Assembly: GCF_000315625.1 (NCBI RefSeq)
Contig: NW_005434643.1
Coordinates: 190,212 to 254,211 of the forward strand
Direction of reading: 5' to 3'
DNA length: 64,000 nucleotides
From: Guillardia theta CCMP2712
Lineage: Eukaryota > Protista > Cryptophyta
The notes under the pieces are model-generated. The model did not search any database. It was not told where the DNA came from and was given only the letters and a program-made list of their open reading frames with translations. Below are positions 13,901 through 26,819 of this stretch, piece by piece. A program made the position numbers and the translations under genes. The stretch's first letter is position 1. Each line of letters begins with the position of its first letter.

Positions 13901-14026
13901 GCTGTTGAACCCTGTGGGCCCACAGGCTGTGAAGCAACCTTGGGCCCATGGCAGGAAGTTCAAGGTGTTGTTGATGACTTCCTTCCTCTTCGCTCGCAAG
14001 TTGTGACCGAAGCTGAGCTCGGCCAT
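7996..14026 (-). CDS. MDR/zeta-crystallin-like NADPH:quinone oxidoreductase (RTN4IP1-like) fused to PH and PDZ domains, multi-exon
   Basis: VSVNPTDCK, LGCDFSG, AAAVPWAGLTAY, LILGGSGGVGTFAVQIAK, AHEHLETHHAVGKCVIQI; reading continues to PH (YSGMLRKK...LKAENRMEGEAWIEKL) and PDZ (CGIGMVL..GAPAA..ILLK/VDGKAV). Confidence 0.8.
8890..9020. repeat. (GAGAG)n microsatellite; a second tract lies at about 9430-9477
   Basis: Direct tandem repeats on either side of an assembly gap within an intron. Confidence 0.95.
12466..12557. repeat. (CCCCAT)n microsatellite, intronic
   Basis: Direct tandem repeat. Confidence 0.95.
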
Positions 14027-14426
14027 GCTAGAGGGCGACTTGAAGTAGAAGCCTCAGCGTCTCTCCTTTGCTGCTCCTGTGAGTGAATCAGACCGAACAA
14101 CATTCAGAAAAGGCGTGATGACAAAACTGCAATAGCACCTCCCCCATCTCCTCCTCTTCCACTGTCTGTCTGTCTCTCCTTTCTTTTCTCTTCCTCGTCC
14201 TCCTCCCCATCCCTTTCTCTTCCTCGCCCCCGTCCCTCGCCCCCGACTCTCTCCTCCTCTATCCATTGCTACTGCACCTCGTCCCTTGCCCACCGATGGG
14301 TCAGCATCAAGGTTTACTCAAGTATTCAAATTACGGGGGCAGCAGTGTGATATAGGGCAAGAGGTACCGGTTCACTGTATTTTCTTGAGGCGGGTTGGCT
14401 ATCGCGCGCCGAGCAGTGGGCGGATC

Positions 14427-17400
14427 ATGAAGGTGGCAGTGCTGATGGCAGTGGTGCTGGCCGAGATAGTGGGAGGGGTCGGAACTATGAGAGGAGAAGA
14501 TGGCGGGAAACGAGTCGACATGGCGAGGGTGGATGCTCTAGTCGCCTTCGCACGTGGGTTAGCGGGAGTAAGGGCGCGAGGCATGCAGCGAGAGGACGGG
14601 GCCTGTCCCTGCCGCAATCGACTTTCATGCCGAGGACTTGGAGGAGAAGACATGGCAAGGGAGGAGGAGGGGGGGGATACTGCAGGAGGACATGCAAGAG
14701 GAGGAGATGCGTACTTGCTCTCCTCCTGTCTGCGGGTGGAAACTTGTAGGCCCGCCCGTCTCATGCGACTGTCAGGGGGGAGAGCGAAGAGGCCAGCGAA
14801 ACAACCCACACAGGAGAAAGTGGGGCATTCGGATACAGACGATGGCGAGAATGAGGATGAGGAGGAGGAGGAAGATGAGGAGTCCGGGTCGAACGACAAC
14901 AGGCAGGACGCTGAAGACATTCTAGGGCAGTTCGAGGATGAAGAGGACGATTTGGAACCGAACGCGTACTTGCTCATGCTGGTCAGTTTCATTCCACTGA
15001 GCTTTCACAGGCTCGGCACGGCAACATCAGCCATGGCAGATCCTCTTTCACCTGCGGCTGCGAACAGCATGCTTGCCTGGGCGACCTCGAAGAAGCGAAG
15101 GCAGACGAAGCAGCTAGAGCCTGAAGGTTGTTCTTCCTCCTGTTCCACTGCCACATTCTGATCGCCTCTCAAGAGAGACTGTCGGACATGGATGACGATG
15201 AGCTGGACGAGTACATTACCAAGGGAGTGGGAGATGACGACGATGGGAAGAACAAGAAAAATAAGAGGCTGGGTGCACCAGATGTTGCTGGTATTGACAG
15301 GTGAGCGAGGGATGGTTGCTCGGTTCCTTTGACCTCTTACACTGTTTATCTGTTGTGAAGAGTTGTGCACGAGCTAGGGGAGGATACAGGACAAGAAGAC
15401 GACAACAGCCAGACCTCACAAGTATCGCAGACAACACAGACATCCACATTGATCCCAGACTGTACTTGCTCTGCCTCTTGCCGTGCAGGATCAAGCTCAT
15501 GGTCTTTTCAGCGAATGCTTATGGAGTCGGAGGAAGAAACATGGAGTTTGGAGGGCAGAGAGAGGTAAGAGAGCTTATCCACCCCCCCTCGCTGCTTCTG
15601 CTGCTCCTTTTCCTTCCTGCTTGACGCTCCGCTAGCCTTCAGCACAAAGGATCTCTATGGACCCGAACGCGGCGCAACAGAACAGAGCAGGAGGCATCGG
15701 AGGAAGCCAGCAGGAGTTTTCTCTTCCTGTCTATGCTGCTCCATCCGAAGCGTCGCTGCCTGGGGGCCCGACAGGGCAGCTGCCTCCCTATCAGCCTGCT
15801 CCTATCCCTCCCCACATGCGTGTCACTGTGTTCAACCCTCCTCCAGGCCCTGGGTGACTGGGAGGAGACATGGGGAAGCAGGTGGCAGAGGGGACTGACG
15901 TCTCGAGCAGAAACGTGGTGCCGCCAGAAGACTTGGAGGAGGATCTATCGATGGAGGAGCTTGAAGAGGTAGATGGATTGTTCTTTGGACAGTGGAAGGA
16001 TGCTGCAGTCTGCGTTGACAGGTGATGGTTTGTTCCAACTCCTCTTTCACTCACGCGCTGCCCCTCAGGTTCGAGGTCGAGACGGCTGGACGGCACCTGG
16101 TGATGCTCCTCCTCTCTTTGTCCTCCCGTGCATTCCAACGGTTGCGCCTTTGAGTTGACCTTGTCATTCTCAGAAAATCGAGGAGGCGGGGAAGGTGCTT
16201 CAGTGTAGAGGAGGAGAGCAATACCATGGCTGGAGCAATTTCGTCCGGTTCAGCAGCTTTGCTCGGACTACCCGGCCCATGACAACCAGCGGAGAGCAAA
16301 CGGTGAAGATCAACTACATTGAGTATGAGGTAAGGGAATGCTGCGATGTAGAGGTTCCGAGAACGCTGACAGCAGAAAAGATCAAAGGGTGGGGCTCCCC
16401 TATTTTCCTCATGATAGGTGTAACTAGCGATGACGATCTGGACTTCGATTATGTCACCTTCCCGCTCAATGCTGTGAGTTGCGGAAAGGCTGTAGCGTTT
16501 CAGTCGCGATCACCTCCTCCTTTCATCCAAAATATCTAACTCCCCTTCCAACTCAGCTCCGTATGGCCTTCGTCACTCCATTTTTCCTCTCAGCGCCTGT
16601 GTTCCATCTCCTCCTCCTCCTCTTCCTCCTCTATGCCCTCTTGTGTCCGTTTTGCCCCACAACCCACTGGCTGCTCAACCTTAGCTTACAATGCACCTCA
16701 GGTTGTCTGGTGTCAGAACGGAAAACTCAAGTGGGGCTGGGACCCGACTGCTGTTTCCATGCGCATGCCAAACCCAGAGGTGATGTTTCCCAACAAGACC
16801 CGCAACTTCTGTAAGATGTCAAGTCGATGCGATCCAGCTTGACGGTTGAGACAGTCTACGGCGATAAGATAGGAGTGCTGCTTGACCTGCAGCAAAGGAA
16901 GGTGAGGGGCAGGAGCAGGAGGGGCAGGGACAGGAGGAGGGGGAAGAGGATGAGATGATGCGGGGATGAGGAGCACATGTGAACAACATGAAGGAGTGAT
17001 CAGCTTGATCAAGAGCAGACTGCACTGATGGGATGGTTCCCTGCAGGTCGGATTCGTCAAGAACGGAGTCCTCTTGAACGAGTTGACTGTGTACGACATG
17101 CCCGTCGAACAAGACCTTCGATTCATTGCTAGCCTCTACGTAACACCATCTGCTGGGGGGCTTTCTCCATCCTCATTTGTCTTGATGCTTCCCGTCTTCT
17201 GCCTCATTCTGTCATTTCGTTGCTGCCCCTCGTTCCCTCCGTACCGTTTCTTTTTCATCATGAATAACCAACTCCCCTCTCCCCCCTCTGCCTCGTTGCC
17301 TCTCTCCCCTTTCTCCCACACACACACCTCCACCCCTTCTTCACCATCCCTCTTGCTCCCCCTGAAACTCGACATTTGCCCACGTTGTCTCTTCATCCCC

Positions 17401-18047
17401 ATCTCGTTCTCTGATTCGTTATCCTGCAGGATGCTGGGAGCGAGCTGGCCATCGTCGAGCCATCGCAAGCTCTAGAGACGTTGGTGGCTTCCTCCTTTTC
17501 TTTCATCTCTCCTCAAAGCCCTTCCCATGTCATGTGCTGAACTTTTCAGAACAGCCTGAGAAACCTGGACTGGAGCAAGTGGAACTCTCCTCCTCCCCCT
17601 GGCGCCTTCTGGGATGGAGTGATGAGGAAAATCGAAGACAACCCGGATGACAGCTTCAGCTTCACAGAGAGCTCCTCCTCCTCCGAAGATGACAAGAGGA
17701 TGCTCCGCAGCTATATGGGCAAAGATGCCCCGCCCGATCTCGCGACGTCCACGGAGGAGTCCACTGAAGAGACGGAGGATGAACAGGACAAGGACAAGGA
17801 GGCAGAGGAGCAAGTGATCATCGGACACAACCTGACGGCGGCAGAGGCTCCCCGGATGAGCGTCCGCGGGCAGGACGACTCGCAGCTCGTTACTTCTTCC
17901 CTCTCTGCCTCAGACATCGACGACGAGCTTGACTTTGCGGGCAGGCTGTACGACAGTCACGAGCAAATCAGCCAGGCCTCTCCTCCATCTTCTACCGAGA
18001 AGGCTGTCACTCCTCCAGAGCGTTCCTCTCCGTCGGAGTCATCTTGA
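14427..18047 (+). CDS. SPRY-domain protein with N-terminal signal peptide and acidic low-complexity regions, multi-exon
   Basis: Hydrophobic start MKVAVLMAVVLAEIVGG; SPRY-like motifs NYIEYE, IGVT, YGDKIGVLLDLQQRK-VGFVKNG, LRFIASLY. Confidence 0.7.
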
Positions 18048-18149
18048 AGGCCTCATGAAGCCTGGCGGCCCGAACCTCCGACTCCGAGTCCGGTCTCCGA
18101 CGTACCATCATCACTGACCCCATGTGAGCGCAGCGACAGCTGAGCTGCT

Positions 18150-19400
18150 AATCGTCAATTCCGCCGGTCGGACATTCAGACTTGCATGGCTGGGGCTGAA
18201 TATATTTTAGTCTATGTTTCCAAGTTACCAACGAGTCGGAGCATTTGCCGTGACGGCGAGCGATGACACGGTGGCCGGGCAGTGGCGGCCGTCCGCGCTG
18301 GCTGAGCGGTTCCAAGGGGGCCGACTTCACCCGACTCCCGTGACTCACCGGCGGCAACACCGTTTCACCGTGGCTTGCCAGCGCGGCCCGTCGCGCCAGC
18401 CGCTGAACACCGGGGGGCGGCAATTTGATCACCGGGTACGGTGGCAGTGGGCCCGTGGCCGCATCCGCCGAATCCGAGCCGGATCACCGCCGTGTAGCCG
18501 CTAGTAGCCTTGGCAGGCCTCCCAGCCGGCATGCCCTGATCACCGGACTGGGAGCATGATCGACGCCGCGACCGTGGCTGTCGGCCAGATCATCCGACCC
18601 CCCGGCCCAGCCCCGGTGAGACGGTCTCTGCCTCTCGGGCGCCCGCCAGTGGATCAGACTCAGACTGGCGGGCCCCCGGCCCCCCGCGGGGTGCCGCCGC
18701 ACGAGTCGGCCCCGGAGGGCCCCCGGGGCATGAGATAACCGGCGTAAGTTACTGCCGGAGTTAGACTTCAAGTTAGTCCGGCCCCGCCCCCGCCGACCGG
18801 CGGTGCGGCGGCGGGACACGGCGCCCCAGCCGGGGGCGGGCGGCGGGCCCCCGGGGGCCGGCCGCCGCGTGTGAGTGTCCCCGCGAGTGCGGCCGCCAAC
18901 GGGGGTCGTGAACGGCGTCAGCAGCCGGGGGGCGCTGCACGGCCCGCGCCGGTGCCACCGTCGGCCGACAGGCTCAGGCTCAGCGGCTTCAGTTCCGAAC
19001 ACACTGACGGTGAGTCGTAGTCGGACTCCGGGACTCCCCGACGGACCGATCGGACCGCCGGGGAACCGAACTCGGAAACCGTCGGCGTGCACACCGGTTT
19101 TCCTTCAAGGCTTGTCAACTGGCGTTGAAGTTCCGAAGTTCGCCGAGCGATCCGCCAGCCACCGTCCGAGCCCACTGACGGTCACCGGGTCGGACAGCTC
19201 GGATCATCAGTGCCGCAACGCCGTCGGACGGTCCGTCGACGGTCGGCGGCCGGGCCGTACTGTACTAGGCTCAGTCCGACTCGATACGGTCAACCGTGAC
19301 TATCTACCGCTCCGCCGCCGTGAACTCGGAACGTTGCGGCGGCTCAGTGAGTCTGACTGGCCGCGCACTCCGGGTCTTCTAGCTAGCTCTAAGGTATATC
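18150..19400. other. GC-rich intergenic island followed by a TACCC-rich tract (19430-19935)
   Basis: Abrupt rise in GC/CpG, no credible protein, upstream of GST. Confidence 0.7.
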
Positions 19401-20107
19401 ATTTTAAACATGCCGTGACCACTGCGAGGATGACGTGTCTCATTACCCCACCCTCCTATCCACCTACCCGAACCCACCCGAACCCCCTCTGTTCGAGAAC
19501 TTCCAGGGTTCCCCGCTTTTACTTCCCCGGAAAGGATACCCTACCCCCCATTTCCCAAAATCTCATCGTCTTGAACCCCCATATTCTCCCATCCTGACTA
19601 CCCTTACCTATCAACCCCACCCCCCTCCCGGCCAGGATACTTGGATACTGCTCCGAAGGTTGCACATCCAAGCAATGGGACTTGACTACGCCTACCAGCA
19701 CTCCCTACCCCCCCAACCCACGCCTACTACTTCTACCTACCCCACCACCCCACGCCTACCTACCCCACCAACCCACGCCTACTACTTCTACCTACCCCAC
19801 CACCCCACGCCTACTACTTCTACCTACATGCCTACATTTACTCCCTACCCGCCAACCTACCCCTACCTCCCTACACTCCACATCCTACCCTACCCTGCTA
19901 GCGTGAGCGAGCGCACCCCCTACCCCACCCCGTTGCTGTTCGTTGGTCATGAATTCCGTGATCGCTGGGGTGGTTAACATTGATATAACTAGTCTGTAGA
20001 GGAGGGTAGTAGGGGTCTCTAAAAGGGCTGAGGGAGAAGGAGGGGGTAGGGGTGAATGGAGGCATTGTATTAAAACCCGGCGGGTCACCGCAAGGATCAG
20101 CTCACCC

Positions 20108-20761
20108 ATGGCACCCATCAAGATCTATGGTCTTACCATCTCCGGGAATGTGATTCCCATCGAGTTCCTCTGCAAGAACAATGGCATCGAGATGGAGATT
20201 GTCAACACCGACCTCATGGCTGGTGCTCACAAGACCCCCGAGTTCCTCAAGATGAACCCCATGCACTGCATTCCTACAATGGACGACGAGGGGTTCACTT
20301 TGTGGGAGAGCAAGGCAATCATGAGATACATCTGCAACAAGCACGGGTTGGAAGCTTGGTATCCAAAGGATGTTCAGAAGCGTGCCCTCTGCGATCTTGC
20401 TCTTGACTTCCATGCCAACACCTTCGTGAAGCTTGCGGGTTACAAGATCCTGTACCCAGCGGTTGGCTTTGCCGGGCCGGTTACCGATGAAGAGAAGGCT
20501 GCTGCTGAGAAGCAGTGGACCGAGGATGTGTGGCCTGCTTTTGAGCACATCTTGAAGAGGAGTGGTGGGCCATTCTTGGGTGGAGAGCAACCCAACATTG
20601 CGGATCTTGCTTTCATCGGGTACACTGGCCCCCTCTTTAACAAGTGCGGGGATTGCGTTCTATGCAAGACTGAAGGCTTCAAAGCATATTTTGAGGCTCT
20701 CAAGGCCAAGCTGGGTCACTACAGTGAGATCATGGCACCCGCTGAGGGATTTTACAAGTAA
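20108..20761 (+). CDS. glutathione S-transferase, intronless
   Basis: HKTPEFLKMNPMHCIPTMDDEGFTLWESKAIMRYI and FLGGEQPNIADL motifs; 217 aa. Confidence 0.95.
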   Translation: MAPIKIYGLTISGNVIPIEFLCKNNGIEMEIVNTDLMAGAHKTPEFLKMNPMHCIPTMDDEGFTLWESKAIMRYICNKHGLEAWYPKDVQKRALCDLALDFHANTFVKLAGYKILYPAVGFAGPVTDEEKAAAEKQWTEDVWPAFEHILKRSGGPFLGGEQPNIADLAFIGYTGPLFNKCGDCVLCKTEGFKAYFEALKAKLGHYSEIMAPAEGFYK

Positions 20762-22031
20762 AATAATCATACAAATAGAGTTCTGTGGATTATAAAGCTG
20801 TCCTTGCTGTACAGGATCGTGCTGTTATATGTATCTTTTAGAGGAAGTTGATGTTCTTGTGTATGGATGTGCAAGCATAGGGAGAGCCTTAGCATGGCAA
20901 GCTGCTCAAACAAAAGTTGTGGTTGGTCATGTTAGAAGACCACTTGATGATTTTGTGAGCGGAGTATACGTTGGCATGACTCGGAGGAAAGAAACGAAAT
21001 TTCAACTCGAGAAAGCTCGTGTCTGACCTGCTTGAAGGATACTGCTGTGTAAGAAGCGAACACACAGGACACGAGGGAGGCAACTGAGTGAACATAAGAA
21101 CATCGGAGATGTAATGTACAGGCAGGCACGCACACACAGATTCAAGGAGACAAAAACAGCGAAAGAGGGGAGGAGCATAGACAAAGACAGTTTCCAAAGA
21201 GGAGATTCAAAGAGAACCCAAACAGAGACGGTGGAGCGAGAGAAGGAAAAGGAAAAAAGATGGAATTGTAGAGGCAGTCAGGACAAAACAGAAAAGTAGA
21301 CAGCGCACAGCCAGAGACACAGTGAAAACAAGAGTGCGAACAAAACAAACAGCAACAGGGACAGACTCAGACAACAGTGAGAAATACACTTTACCGTACA
21401 CTGTTTCCGGTATACCCGACCCTCCTACTGGAGATTTGACTGAGCTCCCCTGTCGCTCACCCACTCACACGCAATAAAGCAAGAGAGGTAGGGAAGCTTA
21501 GGGATGAGGCAGGATGCAGCTACAGTTGTAGAGTGGCAGAGGGTTGTAAGGTCAGTAAAGGAACACAAAGAAGTAGTTTCAACGTGCAAACAGTAACATC
21601 TTGAGACATTGAGCAAGCCCGACAGCTAGGAGGCAGCCCAGAGCAAGCATGCTGGCAGACAAAACAGTCTGTGAAGGGCGAGAAGAGGCTGCAAAATATC
21701 ACGTACCGATGCGGACATGGAGCATTTCCTCATATGTTACTCATCATCCAACATTATACAGACTCCAAAATACATACACAGCACTTGGATCAAGTCAGCT
21801 TTTCCTGAACAAAGATGTGTGATCCCGACTACTTCAATGGAATGCGCTACAACCTCGACATAGAGTGTTCTTGATAATTACTTTTTGCATGTGATTATCA
21901 GTCACGGCCGACAGGTACTTCGCTAGGGATGTGCTCATCATGAAAAATATGCTTTTAATAAAGTTTAGAGATACATGTTTAATATAGAAGCAACGCTTTC
22001 ACGAATGCGAAAAGTTCTACATCTCCAAAGC

Positions 22032-22314
22032 TTACTCCTGGCGGTAGTCACAGTAGGTGTGGGAGCGGCCACCGTCGCAGTTGTTGACGTAGCCGGTGGG
22101 GGGCATGTAGAGCTGTGAAAATGTGAGAAAATTCAAGCGCTTAACGCAGACTTACAGTTCCGTAGAAGTCATGGCCGGAACCCTGTCCGTCGAACTGGCC
22201 AGAGCCGAAGTAGATGTAGGAGGTTCCGTTGCCGTTCTCCCAGGACTGGGGCTGGATACCGCTGGAACCAGCGTAGCCGGTGTCGAAGGCAACAGACTCG
22301 AGGATGGAGAACAT
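22032..22314 (-). CDS. 79-aa Gly/Tyr/Ser/Asn-rich small protein, two exons (22314-22156, 22112-22032)
   Basis: ATG, 43-nt GTAAG..CAG phase-0 intron, TAA; strong C-ending codon bias; not in ORF track. Confidence 0.8.
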
Positions 22315-22879
22315 CTAAACCATTTGTAAGAGCCCATTTTTCAAATCTCCGACGAAGACAACACATATAATCAACATCCATGCACAGAAAATGACTTGAG
22401 GCGTGCAGTCACAACAAGAAGTGTGTTTTACAAGCAGTGCAACAGTTTGAGCACGTCACGTTTACCAACACCAGCCTTGTTTCCTAATGAATCAATGAAT
22501 CGAATCCGAACATAACACGAAGACAACACCACGTGTATCATATCCACGATATCTCATATCAACTTCTCGCATCTGCGTACCTCGCGGGGATGCCTTTCCA
22601 AACTCCCTCTGCCACTTTTTATACCCCCCTGCTCTATTTCCGGCGCCTCCACCTCACCCCCAGTCAGAGAGTGACGTCGGGCCTCTTCCCTGCACCGGTA
22701 GTATCATCGGATTTTAGGATAACCGTGAGGCTATTGAGGGGTGGGTGGGTAGTCTAATTGAACTCGGAACGGGCTCACGCGCGGGCGGGGGTCCTCAGCC
22801 TAGGAGATGGGGGGCATGGCTAGTCGGATGCCTTCGAAGTCCACCACTGACGTGTGACTGCTGGCCCTAGTATACTGAC

Positions 22880-23135
22880 CTCACCTTCCTGACCCGGTGC
22901 TCGGACTCGAGGTGTGGGTGGGGTACGGTACGGTCATTGATCGGATGTTATTTCGGGGGTCCTCCGCCGTCAGGCTCTCCGAACTATTTTGGGACTCAAC
23001 CCGGTGCCACCCGGCCGGGACCGCACTACTACTACTCTCTGATTTTTTACTTAACTTTGAGTAAAGACTCTGGCATCGTCGGACTGCCCGGCCTGGGCCG
23101 GGGCCCGGGGCAGCGCCTATCAGCCGAGTAGTACT
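22880..23135. other. GC-rich intergenic island between divergent genes
   Basis: GC/CpG rise with a CTTTGAGTAAAG motif at 23055. Confidence 0.6.
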
Positions 23136-23168
23136 CAGTGGCCTCATCCCCCACGTGCCCTCAAGAAA

Positions 23169-23679
23169 ATGGCTGGGGAAGGAAGCAGCGGGACAGATGG
23201 AGGAGCGGGTTCATGGCTTGTGGAATGGTTGATGAAGCCTGGGAGCAGCATGTCAGCGGGGATGCAGAAAGTTCTCAAGTGAGTGCAAGTGCATTGCATG
23301 TGTTTGTACCTCATTGCACATCCTTGTTCGCACCTCATACCATCTACCTCTGACTCCCTGAATGTGTTGCAGCAACGTTTTCATCGCTCTCTTTCTCTGT
23401 ATCATCTTCTTGATGTGGTTGACAAACTTCGGGAACATCCACACCTACATCTTCTTTCTGCTCGCCCTAGGACTTTTCTTCTCTGTCCGTTTCTTCATCA
23501 CCGAGTTGACCAAAGCACAAGCTGCTGGGCTCATCGATATCAATGCGCCGCATGATCAAGGCAAGAAGAATGATGATGATGATGAACAAGAGCGTGTTAG
23601 GATGCAGGAACAGGTTGAAATGACTCGGAGACTGGAACAAGAGGCAGAAATCCGCAGGAGGCAGAATAAATCAGACTAG
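23169..23679 (+). CDS. PKR1-like ER V-ATPase assembly factor, two exons (23169-23278, 23373-23679)
   Basis: WLVEWLMKPG..NNVFIALF..NIHTYIFFLLALGLFFSVRFFITEL: two TM helices and a charged tail, as in the Pkr1 family. Confidence 0.7.
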
Positions 23680-23820
23680 AAACTCTGAATGAACTTGTGA
23701 CACCAGAAGAGAACAAGTATGAGGAATATCACAGAGAGAGATTCGAATTGGAGCAGTTGATGAAACCTCGAGTGTCTTTACTAGTAGGCTAGAAACGAGC
23801 AACGAACTCTCAGACTGAAA

Positions 23821-26101
23821 TCAGCTCAGCGCCGCCTGATACTCAACGAGTGACTGAAAGGACAACAGAACAACGACTAACCTGGAGCCTGTGAAGGAGC
23901 TCTTTCTTGTCATGCTCTGATAGCATATCCACCTGTTGCGGCCGATAGCATCAGCATGCGACTGTACTTGTCACGATATCTCCCACCTGGGAGAGGATTC
24001 GAGCGACTGAGAGTTGCTTCGGCGAGTGAATGAACGTCGCTCGGTAAACAGTAACAAACACCGACATGATGATCTGCCCTCACAACATTTAGCGACAATG
24101 GACACAGAGATCACTTGAACATCCTTCTCTTGCCTACCCTTCCTCCTAATCCCAGCCCTCCTCTCTACTGACTCGTTTCCCATTCTTAAACCAACCTGAC
24201 AGTCCATTCTATCAGTGATGCCACCATGACCGGGAATAAGATCGCCAAAATCTTTGATCCTGAATGCCCTCTTGAATCCTATTTGCTGATTAGAATCAAA
24301 ATTTCAGGAAGGGGATACTGTACCGGATGCAAAGAATCCGCCGAAGGGGGCAATTAATGAAGCGAACATTGCCATGTTGATGGCGTGCCAAACAAACGGC
24401 ATTATCATCATCGCATTGCCTATTGCAAGATCGTTACAAGGAGATGATAACTTATAACAAAAAGAAAAAATACCCAATTGATATCTTTCAGGCAAGAATG
24501 CAGTTAGGGAACTCAACCATGTGGGTCTGTTACAGCCGCACTCAGAAACCTCGAAAGAAACCAAGACAACACCCAGAAAGTCTGCTTACATCTTAACAGG
24601 CACTGATGCGATGAATACCGGATCATACTTGCAATGCAGGTCAGGAAACGGTTGAACGGTCAGTTCCTCTTGGGAGCAGATCATGTAGTCAAAGGTTGAC
24701 ATGAGCATGCACGCCCTAACCAACGTGTCAGCAAATCCTGTAAAATCTGGGAAGGAGGTAAGACCAAAGTGCAAAGATTACTGTTGTTATGAATGCACCT
24801 GTACAGAGGATAAGCCAAATCAATGCAACATCAAAGATCATACCAATGAAACCCTCCCAGGTCTTCTTGGGTGAAAGTTTAATCAGAGGCGTTTTGCCCC
24901 AAAATCGCCCAAACACATCTGCAAGAGAGGAAAGGCGTCAGGGTTCTATATTTGTCTGAAACGAGAATATTACATGCATACACGTCATTCCAAATGACGA
25001 GGCACACTGGAACGAAGAACCAAATCATGCCGTCATACATGTTCTGCAGAACTTGAGCGGTGTTGTGCAAGAGAGTTCCGAAAACCTTGATCATGCATGA
25101 TGCCGTCGCAACCACCATTAGTAACGTAATGTGAGTCCAGCCGAACTTGACACCATTGTTCAGTTTTCCAACATTACGAATAACAATGCAAGCACCTGTG
25201 TGAATTGATATTTATATGTCCCTTTCTCTAGACTGCAGAGTATCCTCAGAGACAATGGAAACAGCCGATCCAGACCTTAAGATGAATGTACAGAATCCAA
25301 TGCACCATAAAGCAAAGGACTTGAAGGCATGATGATCGCTCAACCATCCCACCAGAAACGACAGACGAGTTTCAAGATGCACAACCTATGGCGCATCGAG
25401 ATATTGTTCATCTCCTGTACAGAACATTTTGCATGCATTGAGATCACCCGTATGTGACCTTGGAGAATCCTCCCGTATATAAAGTAGATTGTAACCGCGA
25501 AAAAGTACCAATTGAGCGTTCTGTCAACTTCATGTTTAGCGAAGACGCGCGGATGATTTCGAGTGGCGGAAATGATTACCTGAACCAAGGGATTCGCTTG
25601 TCTTTCTCTTTGTTTCTTTTCAACGCGAGGATCTCCTTGAACATACCAGCTTTGATGCAAATAATGAGAGCCATCACGTAGATCTGGCCGCTGGCTATCA
25701 CGATCAGGAATCCTGCGCAGGGGAGGTAGAGAATGTAAGTCAGAAAGCAGCTAGACATCCGCAGAGAATGTCGACAATGATAACCATACCAATGAACATG
25801 GCGAAAGTCCATCGTGTCCGAGTCCAGAACTCCTGTCGCTTTCGGGCTGCGATGACCTCTGGAGACTCTTCTTGTTGTGGGGCCTTGTACGCATTTGGAA
25901 ACCACTTTGACAAGGCTTGAAGGTTCTCAAAGTTTGCATGAGGATCTATCTTGGGGGTCTTTGGGCTCAACAAGCCAGCCCCCTTCTCACTCAGATTTGC
26001 CTGTCACTTGCGTGAGGCTATCGCAATCGAGGCAACATAAGGACAATACTTCTGATTTCGATCTTGGCGGATGATCATCTGCCATATACCCATCAGCGAT
26101 A

Positions 26102-26133
<32 letters not shown>

Positions 26134-26286
26134 TGATGCTAAGCTCGAGGGCCGTTTCCCTTCCCTTTCCTGTAAGTAAAAACTTCAAGGGCATGCTGGG
26201 ATATCTCAATCGAAAAACAACGTCGCAAGCAGATATTTTCAATCACACACCTTCAATGCTGTCGCCGCAGTTTTGCGCTGCTTCAT
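23821..26286 (-). CDS. CDS: phosphatidate cytidylyltransferase (CDP-diacylglycerol synthase, eukaryotic type), multi-exon
   Basis: [74 protein letters not shown]; start MKQRK at 26286. Confidence 0.93.
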
Positions 26287-26819
26287 CTGTTTCAGTGAGC
26301 TGGATATATGTCTTTACCGCATCGCCACTAGACCAGGAAAACCTGGCGGAGCGATCAGATCGTGATATCGTAGTGCTTCATGCGAAGCTACAGCCTTTTT
26401 TTTCAAGATCTGAAGCTCACTGGGGATCGCTGGAAGTGAGGACAGACTGCAACTACTGGACCACTTTGCTACTTCGACATGTTTGTCGCTTGACAATCAT
26501 CTACCAGCATCATATCGCTCCACCCCTCGTATCTGATTGCGGCATGAGAACGGCGCTCAAACCAGCATGTCACTACCCCACCCTACCTCCTCCGTATTGC
26601 TGCTACCCCTTCAAACCCTCTACTACCCCTCAGGTCCCTTCGTCCACCCCCTCAGGTCACCGTATCAGCTTGGAGACACAAGGGGTACCTTCCATGACCA
26701 CCGGCCATCATGGAGTGAAATGGTGGGGTCGTATCACCTCTCACACAAGTACCCCTTAAATCATTAGTAAAATCACCCCTCCACATCCACCCTGGCACTA
26801 GTAATAGAACTTCGAGGCT

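Noticed and set aside
13100-14086. 328-aa plus-strand ORF
   Set aside because: Antisense shadow of the MDR gene
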